Part shown: positions 9,117 through 19,169 of the stretch, piece by piece
Position numbering within the stretch: position 1 is the stretch's first letter
Layout of the letters: every line of letters starts with the position of its first letter
IMG/VR virus record: IMGVR_UViG_2846797076_000002
Location: 591 to 64,590 of that record
Reading direction: 5' to 3' (one strand)
Length of the DNA stretch: 64,000 nt
Source of the DNA: a virus
Lineage: Duplodnaviria > Caudoviricetes
Made by a program: the position numbers and the translations under genes
The notes under the pieces: model-generated
Database searches by the model: none
Told to the model about the DNA's origin: nothing
The model's input: the letters and a program-made list of their open reading frames with translations, nothing else

Positions 9117-9476
9117 ATGAACGATATGACGGCAATAACGCACACCCGCATCGCGCGGCTGAAGTGCTCTTTCAGCACGATCGAAGCGATCGGAACCGTA
9201 GTGCTGTGGGTCATCCTTACCGTCGTCACACTGGGTTTGGCGCTGCTGGTGTTCCCCTACTACCTGAATAAGGCTGTTCTCAACAAAACGGAAATTCTTG
9301 ACGCCTCCGGCAAGACGATCGGGCGCCTGAACTGCACCTTCAATATTGGGCACTCAATCGGCCACGTTATCGTCTGGGGCGTTTTGATCGTCATCACGCT
9401 TGGTCTTGCAAGCTTCCTGTACGTCTATCGGGTGCTGCGCGTCGTACTGAACGAGACGCGGATCGAATATTACTAA
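9117..9476 (+). CDS. Membrane protein with internal duplication (DUF898/DUF6693-like)
   Basis: Twice W.IL.V.TLGLA..Y..VLN.T.I. Confidence 0.7.
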   Translation: MNDMTAITHTRIARLKCSFSTIEAIGTVVLWVILTVVTLGLALLVFPYYLNKAVLNKTEILDASGKTIGRLNCTFNIGHSIGHVIVWGVLIVITLGLASFLYVYRVLRVVLNETRIEYY

Positions 9477-9520
9477 CAACCGTCATGTCGAAAACACCCG
9501 CAAGCGCTGATGGGGATTTT

Positions 9521-9754
9521 ATGAAGTACTTTTTTCTCGCTATTTCAGCCTTTGCGCTTACCGCTTGCCAACAAGGGCCGCTGGTGAAGTCGCCGCCGCT
9601 TGATGTTGAAAAGATGATTTCAGATAGTGCCAGGCGGCGCTGCGATGACAAGAAGGGCACTGGGCTTTATGCGAAGTGCTTTGACCGCGAAGTAGCCAAG
9701 GGCAGAAGCGATTTTAAAGTGATCGAGGCGCACTTCATGCCTAAAAAGCGCTGA
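9521..9754 (+). CDS. Small lipoprotein
   Basis: MKYFFLAISAFALTAC lipobox. Confidence 0.65.
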   Translation: MKYFFLAISAFALTACQQGPLVKSPPLDVEKMISDSARRRCDDKKGTGLYAKCFDREVAKGRSDFKVIEAHFMPKKR

Positions 9755-9817
9755 ACGGGTGAACGCCGCTTACCTGCTCCCGGTCGCAATGCGCCTAAGA
9801 TATTACAGGAGTCGAAA

Positions 9818-10189
9818 ATGGTATTTGTCGCCAGATGGATCCGGAATATCGTTGTGGGCTTCGCCATTTATGTGGCCGCCGTGGTGTCGACCGGGGCAGT
9901 AATGGCCTATGGCTGCATAAGCCGCATTGATGATACGCAGGTCCTCGCGGCAACGGAACGCGCATATTTCGAACGGGTAACCAACTCCCGACCTTCGGGT
10001 GATGACGGGCTACAGTTTGTCATTTGCGCCCAGCCCGAGTCGGTTGTTGACTACTTTTACGGCATACCGCTGGGGTGGGAGTGGCAAGCCCATTGTTCAT
10101 ATGAAAAGGCTGGCCAACTCATCGCAGAGCATATTTTTCACATCAATGAGTGCAGGACAACGCGCCTCTGGCAATCAAACATAAGTTAA
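9818..10189 (+). CDS. Membrane-anchored hypothetical protein
   Basis: N-terminal TM, AGGAG SD. Confidence 0.55.
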   Translation: MVFVARWIRNIVVGFAIYVAAVVSTGAVMAYGCISRIDDTQVLAATERAYFERVTNSRPSGDDGLQFVICAQPESVVDYFYGIPLGWEWQAHCSYEKAGQLIAEHIFHINECRTTRLWQSNIS

Positions 10190-10318
10190 AATCGCGATGT
10201 CGCGTCTTGGGAGATAAGGGGGACGGATACTGATAGTTCTCGTCTTTTCCTTCATTGGGGCACCAAATCGCGAAACACTGAATCGGGTTAACCTCATCCA
10301 GAGAAAGAAAGCCATCAC

Positions 10319-10909
10319 ATGAGAGAGTGGTTTAGCCACATAATAACTAAAGGAAAATCAAATTACTTTGACGAGAATGTTTTTGTATTGGAGAAATACT
10401 TTAACATCGCGTCCCTATCCATATTGGTCCCTATCTACTTTACCGACATATCGACTTGGGCCCTTAATATGGTTGAGCCGATAGGCGCTATTTCCAATAG
10501 CTTCCCTCCGCTGCGCAATCGGTATGAAGCACTTGAATCTGTTGAGCGCGGCAGCGGCGCGTTTTTTTTGGTCGCCAACGTTATCCTTCTCCTGGTCACC
10601 ACAGCTCTGGTAGTGCTAATCGCGTGGAGAATTAGTACACACAAGGCGGAGCTTCCAGCAAGATTAACCAAGTACAACGTTGCAATAATTCCTACATCCC
10701 TTGCCTTTATTTACCTATATTACACATTCTTATTATTTTCCGATGTAACATGCCGCGACTGCGGGAGAGTTTCGTACAAGGCCTTTAACTCCCCTCTGAT
10801 CATAGTTGTAATCGCCGCCTTTTATTCGATGACAATTTCAGTCTCCATTCAGTTATTCAGCGCTGTATCAGTCGCGTTCAGAGCGAAAGAAAACGAAAAT
10901 CGGCTTTGA
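10319..10909 (+). CDS. Multi-TM membrane protein (AT-rich moron)
   Basis: Four hydrophobic segments. Confidence 0.6.
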   Translation: MREWFSHIITKGKSNYFDENVFVLEKYFNIASLSILVPIYFTDISTWALNMVEPIGAISNSFPPLRNRYEALESVERGSGAFFLVANVILLLVTTALVVLIAWRISTHKAELPARLTKYNVAIIPTSLAFIYLYYTFLLFSDVTCRDCGRVSYKAFNSPLIIVVIAAFYSMTISVSIQLFSAVSVAFRAKENENRL

Positions 10910-11013
10910 ACATCGCACAAACGAAAAATCGAGCAGGCTAGGTCTCCACGCCGGCATCTTTTCTTATTTTGTCGCAACAAATAACCCGCCTACCTCTCGG
11001 CAAGCGGGTTAAC

Positions 11014-11358
11014 TCAGGAAGCTCGCGTCGTCCGCGGCTTTGATTGATTTTCCACGATGCGGTCGACGCGCAAAGTCATCTTATCGACGGCATCCTTCAC
11101 GGCGCCGATAGCGCCCATGATCTGCTCTGTCTGTTCGCGCATGCCAGCTTTTGTGATGTAGGTTTCAGCCACATGCAGCCGGTGCGCAGCGAGTTCTTCC
11201 CTTGCCAACGATGCCATGGCAGACGCCGCCGACGCAGCTGCGGATGCCTCTGTCTTTGCCGCGCTGATCTTCGCGTCGACGTACTTCCACAGGCCAAAGA
11301 AGAAGCCGAATAGCATCACGAAGAAGCCTGCAACCGCCATAATCTCCGCGCCGGTCAT
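11014..11358 (-). CDS. Holin-like / lysis-cassette membrane protein
   Basis: One N-terminal TM plus coiled coil; last gene of lysis cassette. Confidence 0.55.
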   Translation of the reverse strand: MTGAEIMAVAGFFVMLFGFFFGLWKYVDAKISAAKTEASAAASAASAMASLAREELAAHRLHVAETYITKAGMREQTEQIMGAIGAVKDAVDKMTLRVDRIVENQSKPRTTRAS

Positions 11359-11546
11359 GGCTTTACCCCACACAGCTTCTGCAGCTTCTCATTTTCAGTG
11401 AGGATTTGCCTCTTGGTTTCTAGCGTCATCTGGTCATCGACGGAAGGACGCACCGGCCGTGCGATATCGCAGTAGCTACCGCTTGTCGCGCATCCACTTG
11501 CCAAGAGCGTCATCAACGCCAGCGTCATCCAGATTCCTGATTTCAT
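11355..11546 (-). CDS. Putative o-spanin (Rz1-like lipoprotein)
   Basis: LLASGC lipobox, overlaps the preceding TM gene in another frame. Confidence 0.6.
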   Translation of the reverse strand: MKSGIWMTLALMTLLASGCATSGSYCDIARPVRPSVDDQMTLETKRQILTENEKLQKLCGVKP

Positions 11547-11715
11547 TTTCAACATCCCCGGCCTTCTTGATGGCCTTGGCATTCGCTGCGGCCTGTTCAT
11601 CTTTTGCCGCGGAGCGCCCTGCCCTCTGGCCATACAAAAAGACGCCCGCGAGGATCGCGAGCGCCGTACCGATTGCGGCTAGGTAGCCTTTGAGTTTCGC
11701 CCACAAGAGGATCAA
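11476..11715 (-). CDS. Putative i-spanin (Rz-like)
   Basis: N-terminal TM plus helical periplasmic part, follows endolysin. Confidence 0.6.
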   Translation of the reverse strand: MILLWAKLKGYLAAIGTALAILAGVFLYGQRAGRSAAKDEQAAANAKAIKKAGDVENEIRNLDDAGVDDALGKWMRDKR

Positions 11716-12638
11716 ACCTTCACCTCCTTGCCGCGCCAGCTATTCCACCGGCGGGCGATCACATCGCGATTGCGGTACGCGACATAGGCAACAGCAGCCA
11801 CAGCGACACCGGCAACAATCCACGCCCAAGGAAGGCCCGCCACGAAAGCGAGCAGGCCTGAGCTCGCAGCTGAGCCAACACCCTTAGTCACGGCTTCCCT
11901 CGCCGCCGAGGCGTCGCGCCGAAGCTGCGCAATCGTGGCGGGACCGATAATGCCGTCTGCTACGAGATGCGGGTGCGCCCTCTGATATGCAATGACAGCG
12001 GCCTTGGTCTTCTCACCCATCCAGCCGTCGATGGCACCGGGATTGAGGCCCGCCGCAGTCAGCAGCTCCTGAGCCTCCTTCACAACCGGATCCGGCTGTG
12101 CGGGCGGCTCGGCGGTAGCTTCTTTCGTTGCGCTGGCTACGCCGGTGTAGATGCCCTTCTCGAAGAGCAGGGCTTCTTCCTTGCGGCGGCGCACGAGGCC
12201 AGGCAGCTTCTTGCCTTTCGCGGTATTGTAGTTGCTGGCGAGATGAGCGGCGGCCTTCTTGATCTGGCCTTTGCGCCAGAACTCGGCCCACGTCCAGTTC
12301 ATGGCGCCGACGCCGAGATTGAACGTGACAGAAGCCGCTGCGTCAACCTCGTGCTGCTTGCGGTTGGCGGGAGAGCCGGCAACGACGGCGGGCACGTATT
12401 CAGCGGCAAGCACGGCATCCAGGATGGCATCGCTCTGCGCGACGGTGATCTTGGTCTTGCCCGGCACGAGCTTGGTGATGCCGATCCTGGCCAGTTCGCG
12501 GCGCACGGAATCGCTGCGCATGGTGAAGCCCGTACCGATCGTCGGAATACCGACGGGGTCGAGATACGCGGTTAGCGGATTGCCCTCGTGCAGGCGCACG
12601 AAAGCCCTCCCCTGGGTGGAGATTTTGGTGATTGGCAT
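11712..12638 (-). CDS. Endolysin: GH24 lysozyme + peptidoglycan-binding domain + C-terminal TM
   Basis: HEG..AYLDPVGIPTIGTG, LPGLVRRRKEE, IDGWMGEKT..YQ..L.ADGIIGPAT. Confidence 0.9.
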   Translation of the reverse strand: MPITKISTQGRAFVRLHEGNPLTAYLDPVGIPTIGTGFTMRSDSVRRELARIGITKLVPGKTKITVAQSDAILDAVLAAEYVPAVVAGSPANRKQHEVDAAASVTFNLGVGAMNWTWAEFWRKGQIKKAAAHLASNYNTAKGKKLPGLVRRRKEEALLFEKGIYTGVASATKEATAEPPAQPDPVVKEAQELLTAAGLNPGAIDGWMGEKTKAAVIAYQRAHPHLVADGIIGPATIAQLRRDASAAREAVTKGVGSAASSGLLAFVAGLPWAWIVAGVAVAAVAYVAYRNRDVIARRWNSWRGKEVKV

Positions 12639-13181
12639 TTTGGATTCCTGATTCTTAGGGGTCGTTTCTCGCCCACTGACCGGGCGCTTTGTTCATCTGG
12701 CGTTCACGCGCCAAAAGCCACCTTGCGCGTGGTCGCTCCGCCCAGCGACCTGACAGAGGCTCGCAGCTGCCCCCCCGGCCCTGCGGGCCTCTATTTTTTG
12801 GCGGCCCGGAAAAGGTGGACAATTTGTAAGTTGTGAACCCGCGCTTGCGGCTTTAAAAGCGGCGCCGTCGCGCGTCCCCTGAAACAGGCCGCGGCGTAGG
12901 GGTCCGCTGCTTGGCGGAGTGGCGGGCCTCTTCAAAGATTCTGGTAGCGCTTCTCAATCAACAGGACCACACTCGCGCCGCCGTGGCCATCCCAATCTCC
13001 ACGGTGTGGAGGTCTGGCGCTTGGGAGGAGCGACGGGCCTCCACCTCATGGAACTATTTCAGAGGTTATGCATTCTCTGCCGCCGTGTAGTGATTTGCAC
13101 ACAGCACCGAGGCTCGCACTCAATCCCCCCCGGTTCCCGTGCGAGCCTCATTTAGCGTCCCGCCATGAAGTGCCGGTTACG

Positions 13182-13367
13182 CTACGGGCCAATCGGAAGG
13201 TTTTCGTAGACGCGCATCAAGACACGCGCCCCGAACTCATTTCTTATGATGTCCGGCTCACTAAAAATAAGCCAAAAGAGATAGCTCAGGCCGCCCACAA
13301 ATGTAGCGCAGCCAACGGCCAAAACGGCGATGCCGAGATACAAGAGCGCCAAATGACCCGAGTTCAT
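13182..13367 (-). CDS. Small membrane protein
   Basis: Hydrophobic 61 aa ORF. Confidence 0.35.
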   Translation of the reverse strand: MNSGHLALLYLGIAVLAVGCATFVGGLSYLFWLIFSEPDIIRNEFGARVLMRVYENLPIGP

Positions 13368-13425
13368 CTTTATGCCGCTGATAGAGTTGGATAGCCGACA
13401 TATTACCTATAGCGACGATCGCTTT

Positions 13426-13824
13426 TCAAGATGTCAGCGGCCAAGCGATGGGGGCAATCTCGTCAAGGAACTGCTCGACGGTAGGCTGCTGGCGCTGACC
13501 AGCCTGCACCTTGGCCAGTTCGCCGTATGCGTAGAACCAGACGTTATCGCGCCATGCGACGAAGGCCTGAGCCTCTGCAGCCCATTTCGGCTTTGTTGAC
13601 GCCGTGTACGAAGCCAGCGTTACGCCGTCTCGAAACTGCTTTTCGCGCGCGGTGCTGTCGACAAGGTTCTGGATGGCGTTTTCGTAGTCGGTGATGGTGA
13701 CCAGGTTAAGGAACGCGATAACCTCCGGATTGTCTTCCGATAGTTCTTCTTCGGCTATTCCTTCTTGGAAGTTCGAATAAATGCCAACGACGTTCCCATC
13801 AGCGTCTCGCTGAACGTAGAGCAT
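13426..13824 (-). CDS. Tail fibre assembly-like protein
   Basis: AEAQAFVAWRDNVW, C-terminal PIAWP; follows fibre gene. Confidence 0.7.
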   Translation of the reverse strand: MLYVQRDADGNVVGIYSNFQEGIAEEELSEDNPEVIAFLNLVTITDYENAIQNLVDSTAREKQFRDGVTLASYTASTKPKWAAEAQAFVAWRDNVWFYAYGELAKVQAGQRQQPTVEQFLDEIAPIAWPLTS

Positions 13825-15059
13825 TACGCCCTCCCTCGTGAATCAATCCAGCCATAAAGACTGAGCGAATTGTTAGTCAGCGTTCCGGAATAGAGCATGG
13901 AAGCATATCGAATGCGGGACGATGTGTCGGTCGTGATCTCACCATTGATGAATGTGCCATCACGCTCACCAGCGATGGATGTGTAAACGAACGGAATCAA
14001 ATCCGCCCCCGGCGTTGATATCTGCGTCTGGACGTTGCCTGCTGCATTCTGCGACTGGTACGAATTCAGCTTTGGCTTGGTAACGATACCGAGCGGGCAA
14101 TTGATCGTAAGGAGTGTGTCCGTCTGCTGGGCTTGGCTCTGCCTCTCCAATATCGCAGTTACAAAAACGAAGTCGTCTTCATTCTGGAGAATCGGGTAAA
14201 AAGCCCCCGACCTTCTCAGCCAAGACGCAACCCTCCTGTAGTGCGTAAACCCGGTCGGATAGTTGGGCTGGGTCGTTGGGTCTAGCGACTTTGAATAGCC
14301 AGAACCAACAACCGTTCCGTTACTGATTACAAAGCAGTGCCACCATCCATCGCTGATAGCAGCGTCAAATCTGCCACCATTACCCGACCCGTAGACGTTG
14401 TTAAGCGATCGGAGGGTCGCTGGCGCGTGGTTCATCAATATGGGGCTTGCATTATCACTAGCCACAACCCCGACCGGAAAAGCCAGAGAATTGGATGGAT
14501 CGCTAAAGCTGTTGGTCAAATTGAAACCAGGAGATATGTATCCGGCAATAGGAACACCCGCCTCAGCAGGCGTGCTCGCTTTGATTAGCTTCCCGGTCGT
14601 GCCGTTGAATGTCGCGATCGCGTTATTGACGGCAATGGAAGGCCCCACAACATCTCCCGCGAGATCTTCCAGATCAATCACCGTCGCAGTGTTTGGCCCG
14701 GTGAAAAGCAGGAGAGTGTCTGCACTTGGCGTCACGCCGGCCGCCGCTGCCAGCGCTGGATTGTTGAGGCGCTGGATATAGGTCGCCAGCGCCTGCGCAT
14801 TGGTGACGGTCTGTTGGCCGTACGCCGTATCCCGCACGATGGCGTAGGAATACGTTCCGGTCGGGCCAGTCCAGTTTAAGGCAGCCGTTATTTCCGTGTC
14901 GCCGTTGACGGCGGCAATCGGCAGAGGATTGCCGCCGTCAAACTGAACATAAATCGTTCCGCCGATGATCAGGCTGATTTCCCAAGCCGTATCGGTTCCA
15001 ACCACAGTGGCGCTACCTGACACCAGATCAATGGTGCCAGCCGTATAAGGTGCTGTCAT
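13824..15059 (-). CDS. Tail fibre / receptor-binding protein
   Basis: YTAGTI..SG..V.GT.TAW anchor, beta-rich C-terminus. Confidence 0.75.
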   Translation of the reverse strand: MTAPYTAGTIDLVSGSATVVGTDTAWEISLIIGGTIYVQFDGGNPLPIAAVNGDTEITAALNWTGPTGTYSYAIVRDTAYGQQTVTNAQALATYIQRLNNPALAAAAGVTPSADTLLLFTGPNTATVIDLEDLAGDVVGPSIAVNNAIATFNGTTGKLIKASTPAEAGVPIAGYISPGFNLTNSFSDPSNSLAFPVGVVASDNASPILMNHAPATLRSLNNVYGSGNGGRFDAAISDGWWHCFVISNGTVVGSGYSKSLDPTTQPNYPTGFTHYRRVASWLRRSGAFYPILQNEDDFVFVTAILERQSQAQQTDTLLTINCPLGIVTKPKLNSYQSQNAAGNVQTQISTPGADLIPFVYTSIAGERDGTFINGEITTDTSSRIRYASMLYSGTLTNNSLSLYGWIDSRGRA

Positions 15060-15082
15060 TTCTTGTTTTCACCTGTTTTGGA

Positions 15083-18004
15083 TTAGCGCTTGAAGACCAG
15101 CGCCGTGATCTGGGAAATTCGGCTCCCACTCGTGAGCGCCCCGGACGGACCAGCGATGCTGTCCATGGTGAATGTCGTTTGCGTTCTGCCAGAAGGAGGT
15201 CGAAAATTGACGCTGGAGTTTACGTAAGCCGTGGCGCCGCTCTGGACTGACGAGCTGTGTGCAACATCAATGACATTCCCGCTCTCCAGGAGCCTCATGG
15301 TAGCTGTCGCCAAATCTGGTGGATTGACTGTCGTGCTCATAGTTCCGTTTGTTTTCCAGAGAAGCAGCACGTTTGGAGCGCCGGCACCATGGGTCACCGT
15401 AAAGCTTTCCCCGTTCACTACGGCCGTTGCAGTAATTGCGCCCGGTTCGATATTTGACGTGCCGACAATCAGATTGTTGATCTGCGCCATATCGATAAGC
15501 GCGTTGATGATTTTCACCACGCCGCCCTCAATGGCAAAGACCGCATATGCCGTCGCGCCATCAGATACCGAGAACTGGTCAACCTTGATCGCCATACGGG
15601 ATCGCTGGACACCGCCCGAGGTGTAAAGCTCCAGGAAGAAGCCGGTATCCTTGTAGGTCTGCCCGACCCCGCCCCTCAGGAGAACGGAGAAGCGGGCATC
15701 GACGCCGGATGGAGCGGCCACAGCCTGAAACTTCACAAGACCCTGCGCGAAACGGTCGCCGAGTTCAGCTGAAACACCGAGCAGGCTTTCCGACAGCGCC
15801 TCGTCTGCGCTGACGCGGGCCGTCTCTTCCGTGATGATTTTGGCGTTGGCGTCGTCTACGGACGCCGAGACCAAACCGACGCGTTGCGCCATGGCTTCGT
15901 TTTCGGTGACGCGTACTCGGCGTTCATCCGTGATTTCCGCTCGAGCGGTACCTAACTCGGCTCGGATCTCCTCGCGATCGACCTGCCCTACGGCGCCGAC
16001 GAGCGAGAATGCCGACAGGCCTTCTTCATATCGGCGATTGAAGTCGTCCATCTCCTGCTGCAATTCAGCGAAACGCTGACGCACTGCCGTTCCGATCGTC
16101 GTCAGATCGACAACGACATCGATGTCTTTTGCACCGAGCCGGACATTGGGCGTCGTGACGAGCATGTAGCCAGACCAAGTGGTCGGTCTGTCTCCACCAG
16201 GAATGTAGCGACCACGGACACCATAGGTCTCGTTCGGCAGAAGGCCGTGTGAGGCGATCAGCGAACCCGCTTGCGGCTGGTCGGTTCTTCCCTCGCTTAC
16301 CTTTTCAAGGCTCGATTGCAGCCGCACCTCGTACTCGACAGCGATAACGTCATCGAGGCGTCCGTCTGTGTTGTCCCAGGTGATACGGATCGCAGGACGT
16401 CTGGATTCTCCGAAACTGTCAGTCAGTATCCACGGCTCGACAAACCAGTCCACAATAGGCTGTGGTGTCGGACGAATGACGCCAAGCTGACCGTCGACAG
16501 GCGGCTTGAACTCGGTATCGCTGCTCCAGTCGTAATCGGACGGGTCAACCTCAGTGATGTCTATCATCACGTCGAGGTTGGCGCGATCGGCAACGCCGTC
16601 GATCCGCATCAGCTTTGCGATGTAGCCGTTGCGCTCTGACGTCCACGAAAACACCGTTCCCGGCGTCGCGTAGGCCCAGAACCTTGGCGGCAGGACAATC
16701 GTATGCCTGCGGAAGCGTCGAGCCTCCTCCAGCGCCGATTTCATCAAGCGCTGAACCTGCTCCGGATACGGAACGAAGTTCAGATCGACGTCAGCCATCA
16801 GGCGGCGGTTGCCGTCGATCGCTTCAAGGTCCGTCCGATAGAGCGGCGGCGCAGTCTTGGCGACCCAGCCATCTGTCGGCGAAGGATAGTTTGCCGAAAC
16901 CCCGTTGATGGTGTCCGCCAGCCCAAGGAACGGAGTGAACTCCTGCTCTTCCGTCGACAGAATATCGTCGTCGGTGAAGGCGATGACCGGGGCGTCAGGT
17001 GCACCGGAGTGCAGATAATAGACGCCTCCGACTTCCGAGATCCTGCCCTGGCAAGCCGTCAGCAATGCTTCGACAGCCGAGGTTAGAGGTGCATCAACCT
17101 GAATTTCGCCGCCGCTTCGATAGGTGTTCACCCAGCCCGTCGATTCCAGCGTACCAGCGCGATGCTTCTCGATCTGGGCGATCCACGCTGCGGCAGGCAG
17201 GCGGGAAGAGGACAAGTTCTGCAGGCCATAGAACCACTGGCCGTTATAAGTGATGCCGCGCAGCAGATTGTAGATCTGCACTGCCGGCAGGAAGTCGCCA
17301 TCTCCGCCCCACGTCGCCGGATCGGCAAAACGCTGCGGACCAACGCCGCCTTGAGTGCTGTCGCGCGAGATGTCGTAGAGGCGCAGCCCTTCGAGCACGA
17401 ACTTGAAGGACGGCACGCCCGAAAACATGTTCTTCGAGACGCGAGCCGTGACGATAGCATAAGCAACGCCACGTCCGATGCGATCCGGGTTCCACCACCT
17501 GTTGCCGTTCGAAACGGACGTGAATAGGAAGCTGTCAGCCGTCGTCTGCGTGCCGTCGTAGAACTTGACCCAGAGGCTGTCGGGATACTCGTTGACGGCA
17601 TATCCACGATCCGTAAGCCCGCCAAGCGTCGCGCGCTCGCCATTCACCCAGACTTCAGCAAGTCCGCGCACCGGCAGATCTGACAGCGCAATGACCTGCG
17701 TCAGGTAGGCGTTCGGCGTGTCACCGTCCTGCCCCCATGTGTTGACGAACACGAGTGAACCGGCTGTCGCGGTGCGGCCCAGAATGAAGGAGCGCGAGAT
17801 ATCGCCGCCGCCCTGTAGAGTGCCGTTGATGGAAAAGGTCGGGTCTTTTGGCTTGCCGGCAAGCGATTGGGCAAGGAGGCTAAGGCCGACGCCAACGGCG
17901 GTCTTCAGCAGAAAAGAGCCGACAATACCAAGGCCGCCAATGAAACCGGAGACAGCCGATACCACGCCGGATATCGCGGCTGCGATACCAGAAAAAATAG
18001 CCAT
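15083..18004 (-). CDS. Tail tip / central tail hub protein (lambda J-like)
   Basis: 973 aa, FN3-like and coiled-coil segments, position after minor tail genes. Confidence 0.85.
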   Translation of the reverse strand: MAIFSGIAAAISGVVSAVSGFIGGLGIVGSFLLKTAVGVGLSLLAQSLAGKPKDPTFSINGTLQGGGDISRSFILGRTATAGSLVFVNTWGQDGDTPNAYLTQVIALSDLPVRGLAEVWVNGERATLGGLTDRGYAVNEYPDSLWVKFYDGTQTTADSFLFTSVSNGNRWWNPDRIGRGVAYAIVTARVSKNMFSGVPSFKFVLEGLRLYDISRDSTQGGVGPQRFADPATWGGDGDFLPAVQIYNLLRGITYNGQWFYGLQNLSSSRLPAAAWIAQIEKHRAGTLESTGWVNTYRSGGEIQVDAPLTSAVEALLTACQGRISEVGGVYYLHSGAPDAPVIAFTDDDILSTEEQEFTPFLGLADTINGVSANYPSPTDGWVAKTAPPLYRTDLEAIDGNRRLMADVDLNFVPYPEQVQRLMKSALEEARRFRRHTIVLPPRFWAYATPGTVFSWTSERNGYIAKLMRIDGVADRANLDVMIDITEVDPSDYDWSSDTEFKPPVDGQLGVIRPTPQPIVDWFVEPWILTDSFGESRRPAIRITWDNTDGRLDDVIAVEYEVRLQSSLEKVSEGRTDQPQAGSLIASHGLLPNETYGVRGRYIPGGDRPTTWSGYMLVTTPNVRLGAKDIDVVVDLTTIGTAVRQRFAELQQEMDDFNRRYEEGLSAFSLVGAVGQVDREEIRAELGTARAEITDERRVRVTENEAMAQRVGLVSASVDDANAKIITEETARVSADEALSESLLGVSAELGDRFAQGLVKFQAVAAPSGVDARFSVLLRGGVGQTYKDTGFFLELYTSGGVQRSRMAIKVDQFSVSDGATAYAVFAIEGGVVKIINALIDMAQINNLIVGTSNIEPGAITATAVVNGESFTVTHGAGAPNVLLLWKTNGTMSTTVNPPDLATATMRLLESGNVIDVAHSSSVQSGATAYVNSSVNFRPPSGRTQTTFTMDSIAGPSGALTSGSRISQITALVFKR

Positions 18005-18048
18005 CGATTTTCCTTGGGATACGCTGCGCTATACGCGCGCGTCAGCCG

Positions 18049-18477
18049 CTAGAGCGGCTTCATGAAGTGTGTTTCGACAGCGCTGTAGCCGCGCCGCTCG
18101 TAGAGGCTGGAGACGTCATTGGTTGCCAGCGAAGCCATGCCGGCAGAGACACAGCCGACCGACCGCGCCCAAGCCTCGTAGGCATCAAGCATCTTGATGG
18201 CGCCTCTGCCTCTCGCTTCTGGCGTGACGTACCAGACCGTTTCCTTGGCAATCCTGCCAGCGCCGAAGGGGTGTTCGTAAGCAACCGCCATAAGCACGCC
18301 TTGCGCGGGATCGCCTGTTACGAGAACGCAGGCCTTGTCCGACGCCAGATGCTGCTGAAACAGACGATCAGCATATGCTGCCTGAAACGGAAAGGTGAAG
18401 CCGGCGGCCTCATGGCTTTCACGCAGGAGCACCACCACACGGTCGCGGTCTTCGGCAGTCGCGCAGCGAACATCCAT
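18049..18477 (-). CDS. GNAT acetyltransferase-fold protein
   Basis: VWYVTPEARGRG, LYERRGY. Confidence 0.8.
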   Translation of the reverse strand: MDVRCATAEDRDRVVVLLRESHEAAGFTFPFQAAYADRLFQQHLASDKACVLVTGDPAQGVLMAVAYEHPFGAGRIAKETVWYVTPEARGRGAIKMLDAYEAWARSVGCVSAGMASLATNDVSSLYERRGYSAVETHFMKPL

Positions 18478-19142
18478 CAGAATATCCCGAGAAACTTCTT
18501 GCGCTTTGGCTGCGTCGCGACCTTGCCCTTCTCAGAGCCCCAGAAGAACTCCCACTCGGACGAGGTGTCGGCATCGGTGAAGAATGCGTCACCGGCCTGT
18601 CGGAGCACCTGCGTCGCGTGACTGCGCGTCGACGGGTTGGAGCGCGTCATTTCCTGAGTGTGGCTGGCGCAAACCATCGTGACACTACCCTCTTCGTTTT
18701 CAGAAGGGGTGTTGATCGTGATGGTGTCGACAAACCCCACGAAGCGGCATTCGGCAGGCGCCACCATCTGGCGGCTGTCCGGGTCGAACAGGCCTCGGTA
18801 AATCTCGACGCGCGCCTGACGGCAATCGTATTGCCGCACCAGCGTCTGCACGTGCTCACTCACCTGAGAAAGACGTATGTTGACGTTCTGGACCGACAGA
18901 TTGGCGACGAGCGGAATGTCATCGATCTGCACTAAGGTGCCAGAGCCGTACCAGTCGCGCGTGACAGGCAAGCCTGTGTCCGGGTGCACAATGGCCGCAG
19001 ACACGTTGCCGACGTCCGACCACATGCCATCGGTGACCGGCGCACCAGTCGCCCGATCGCGCGCAACAAACCAGAGGAAGTCGCGCGCCACCAGCTGCCG
19101 CGCCTCAAGCGCAGCAAGGTTTTCTGCTGAGATGTTTCTCAT
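18477..19142 (-). CDS. Minor tail protein (hub/gpL-like)
   Basis: WYGSGTLVQI, RFVGFVD; synteny. Confidence 0.75.
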   Translation of the reverse strand: MRNISAENLAALEARQLVARDFLWFVARDRATGAPVTDGMWSDVGNVSAAIVHPDTGLPVTRDWYGSGTLVQIDDIPLVANLSVQNVNIRLSQVSEHVQTLVRQYDCRQARVEIYRGLFDPDSRQMVAPAECRFVGFVDTITINTPSENEEGSVTMVCASHTQEMTRSNPSTRSHATQVLRQAGDAFFTDADTSSEWEFFWGSEKGKVATQPKRKKFLGIF

Positions 19143-19169
19143 TGATTTCCTGTTCGGATGGTGCGCGCC

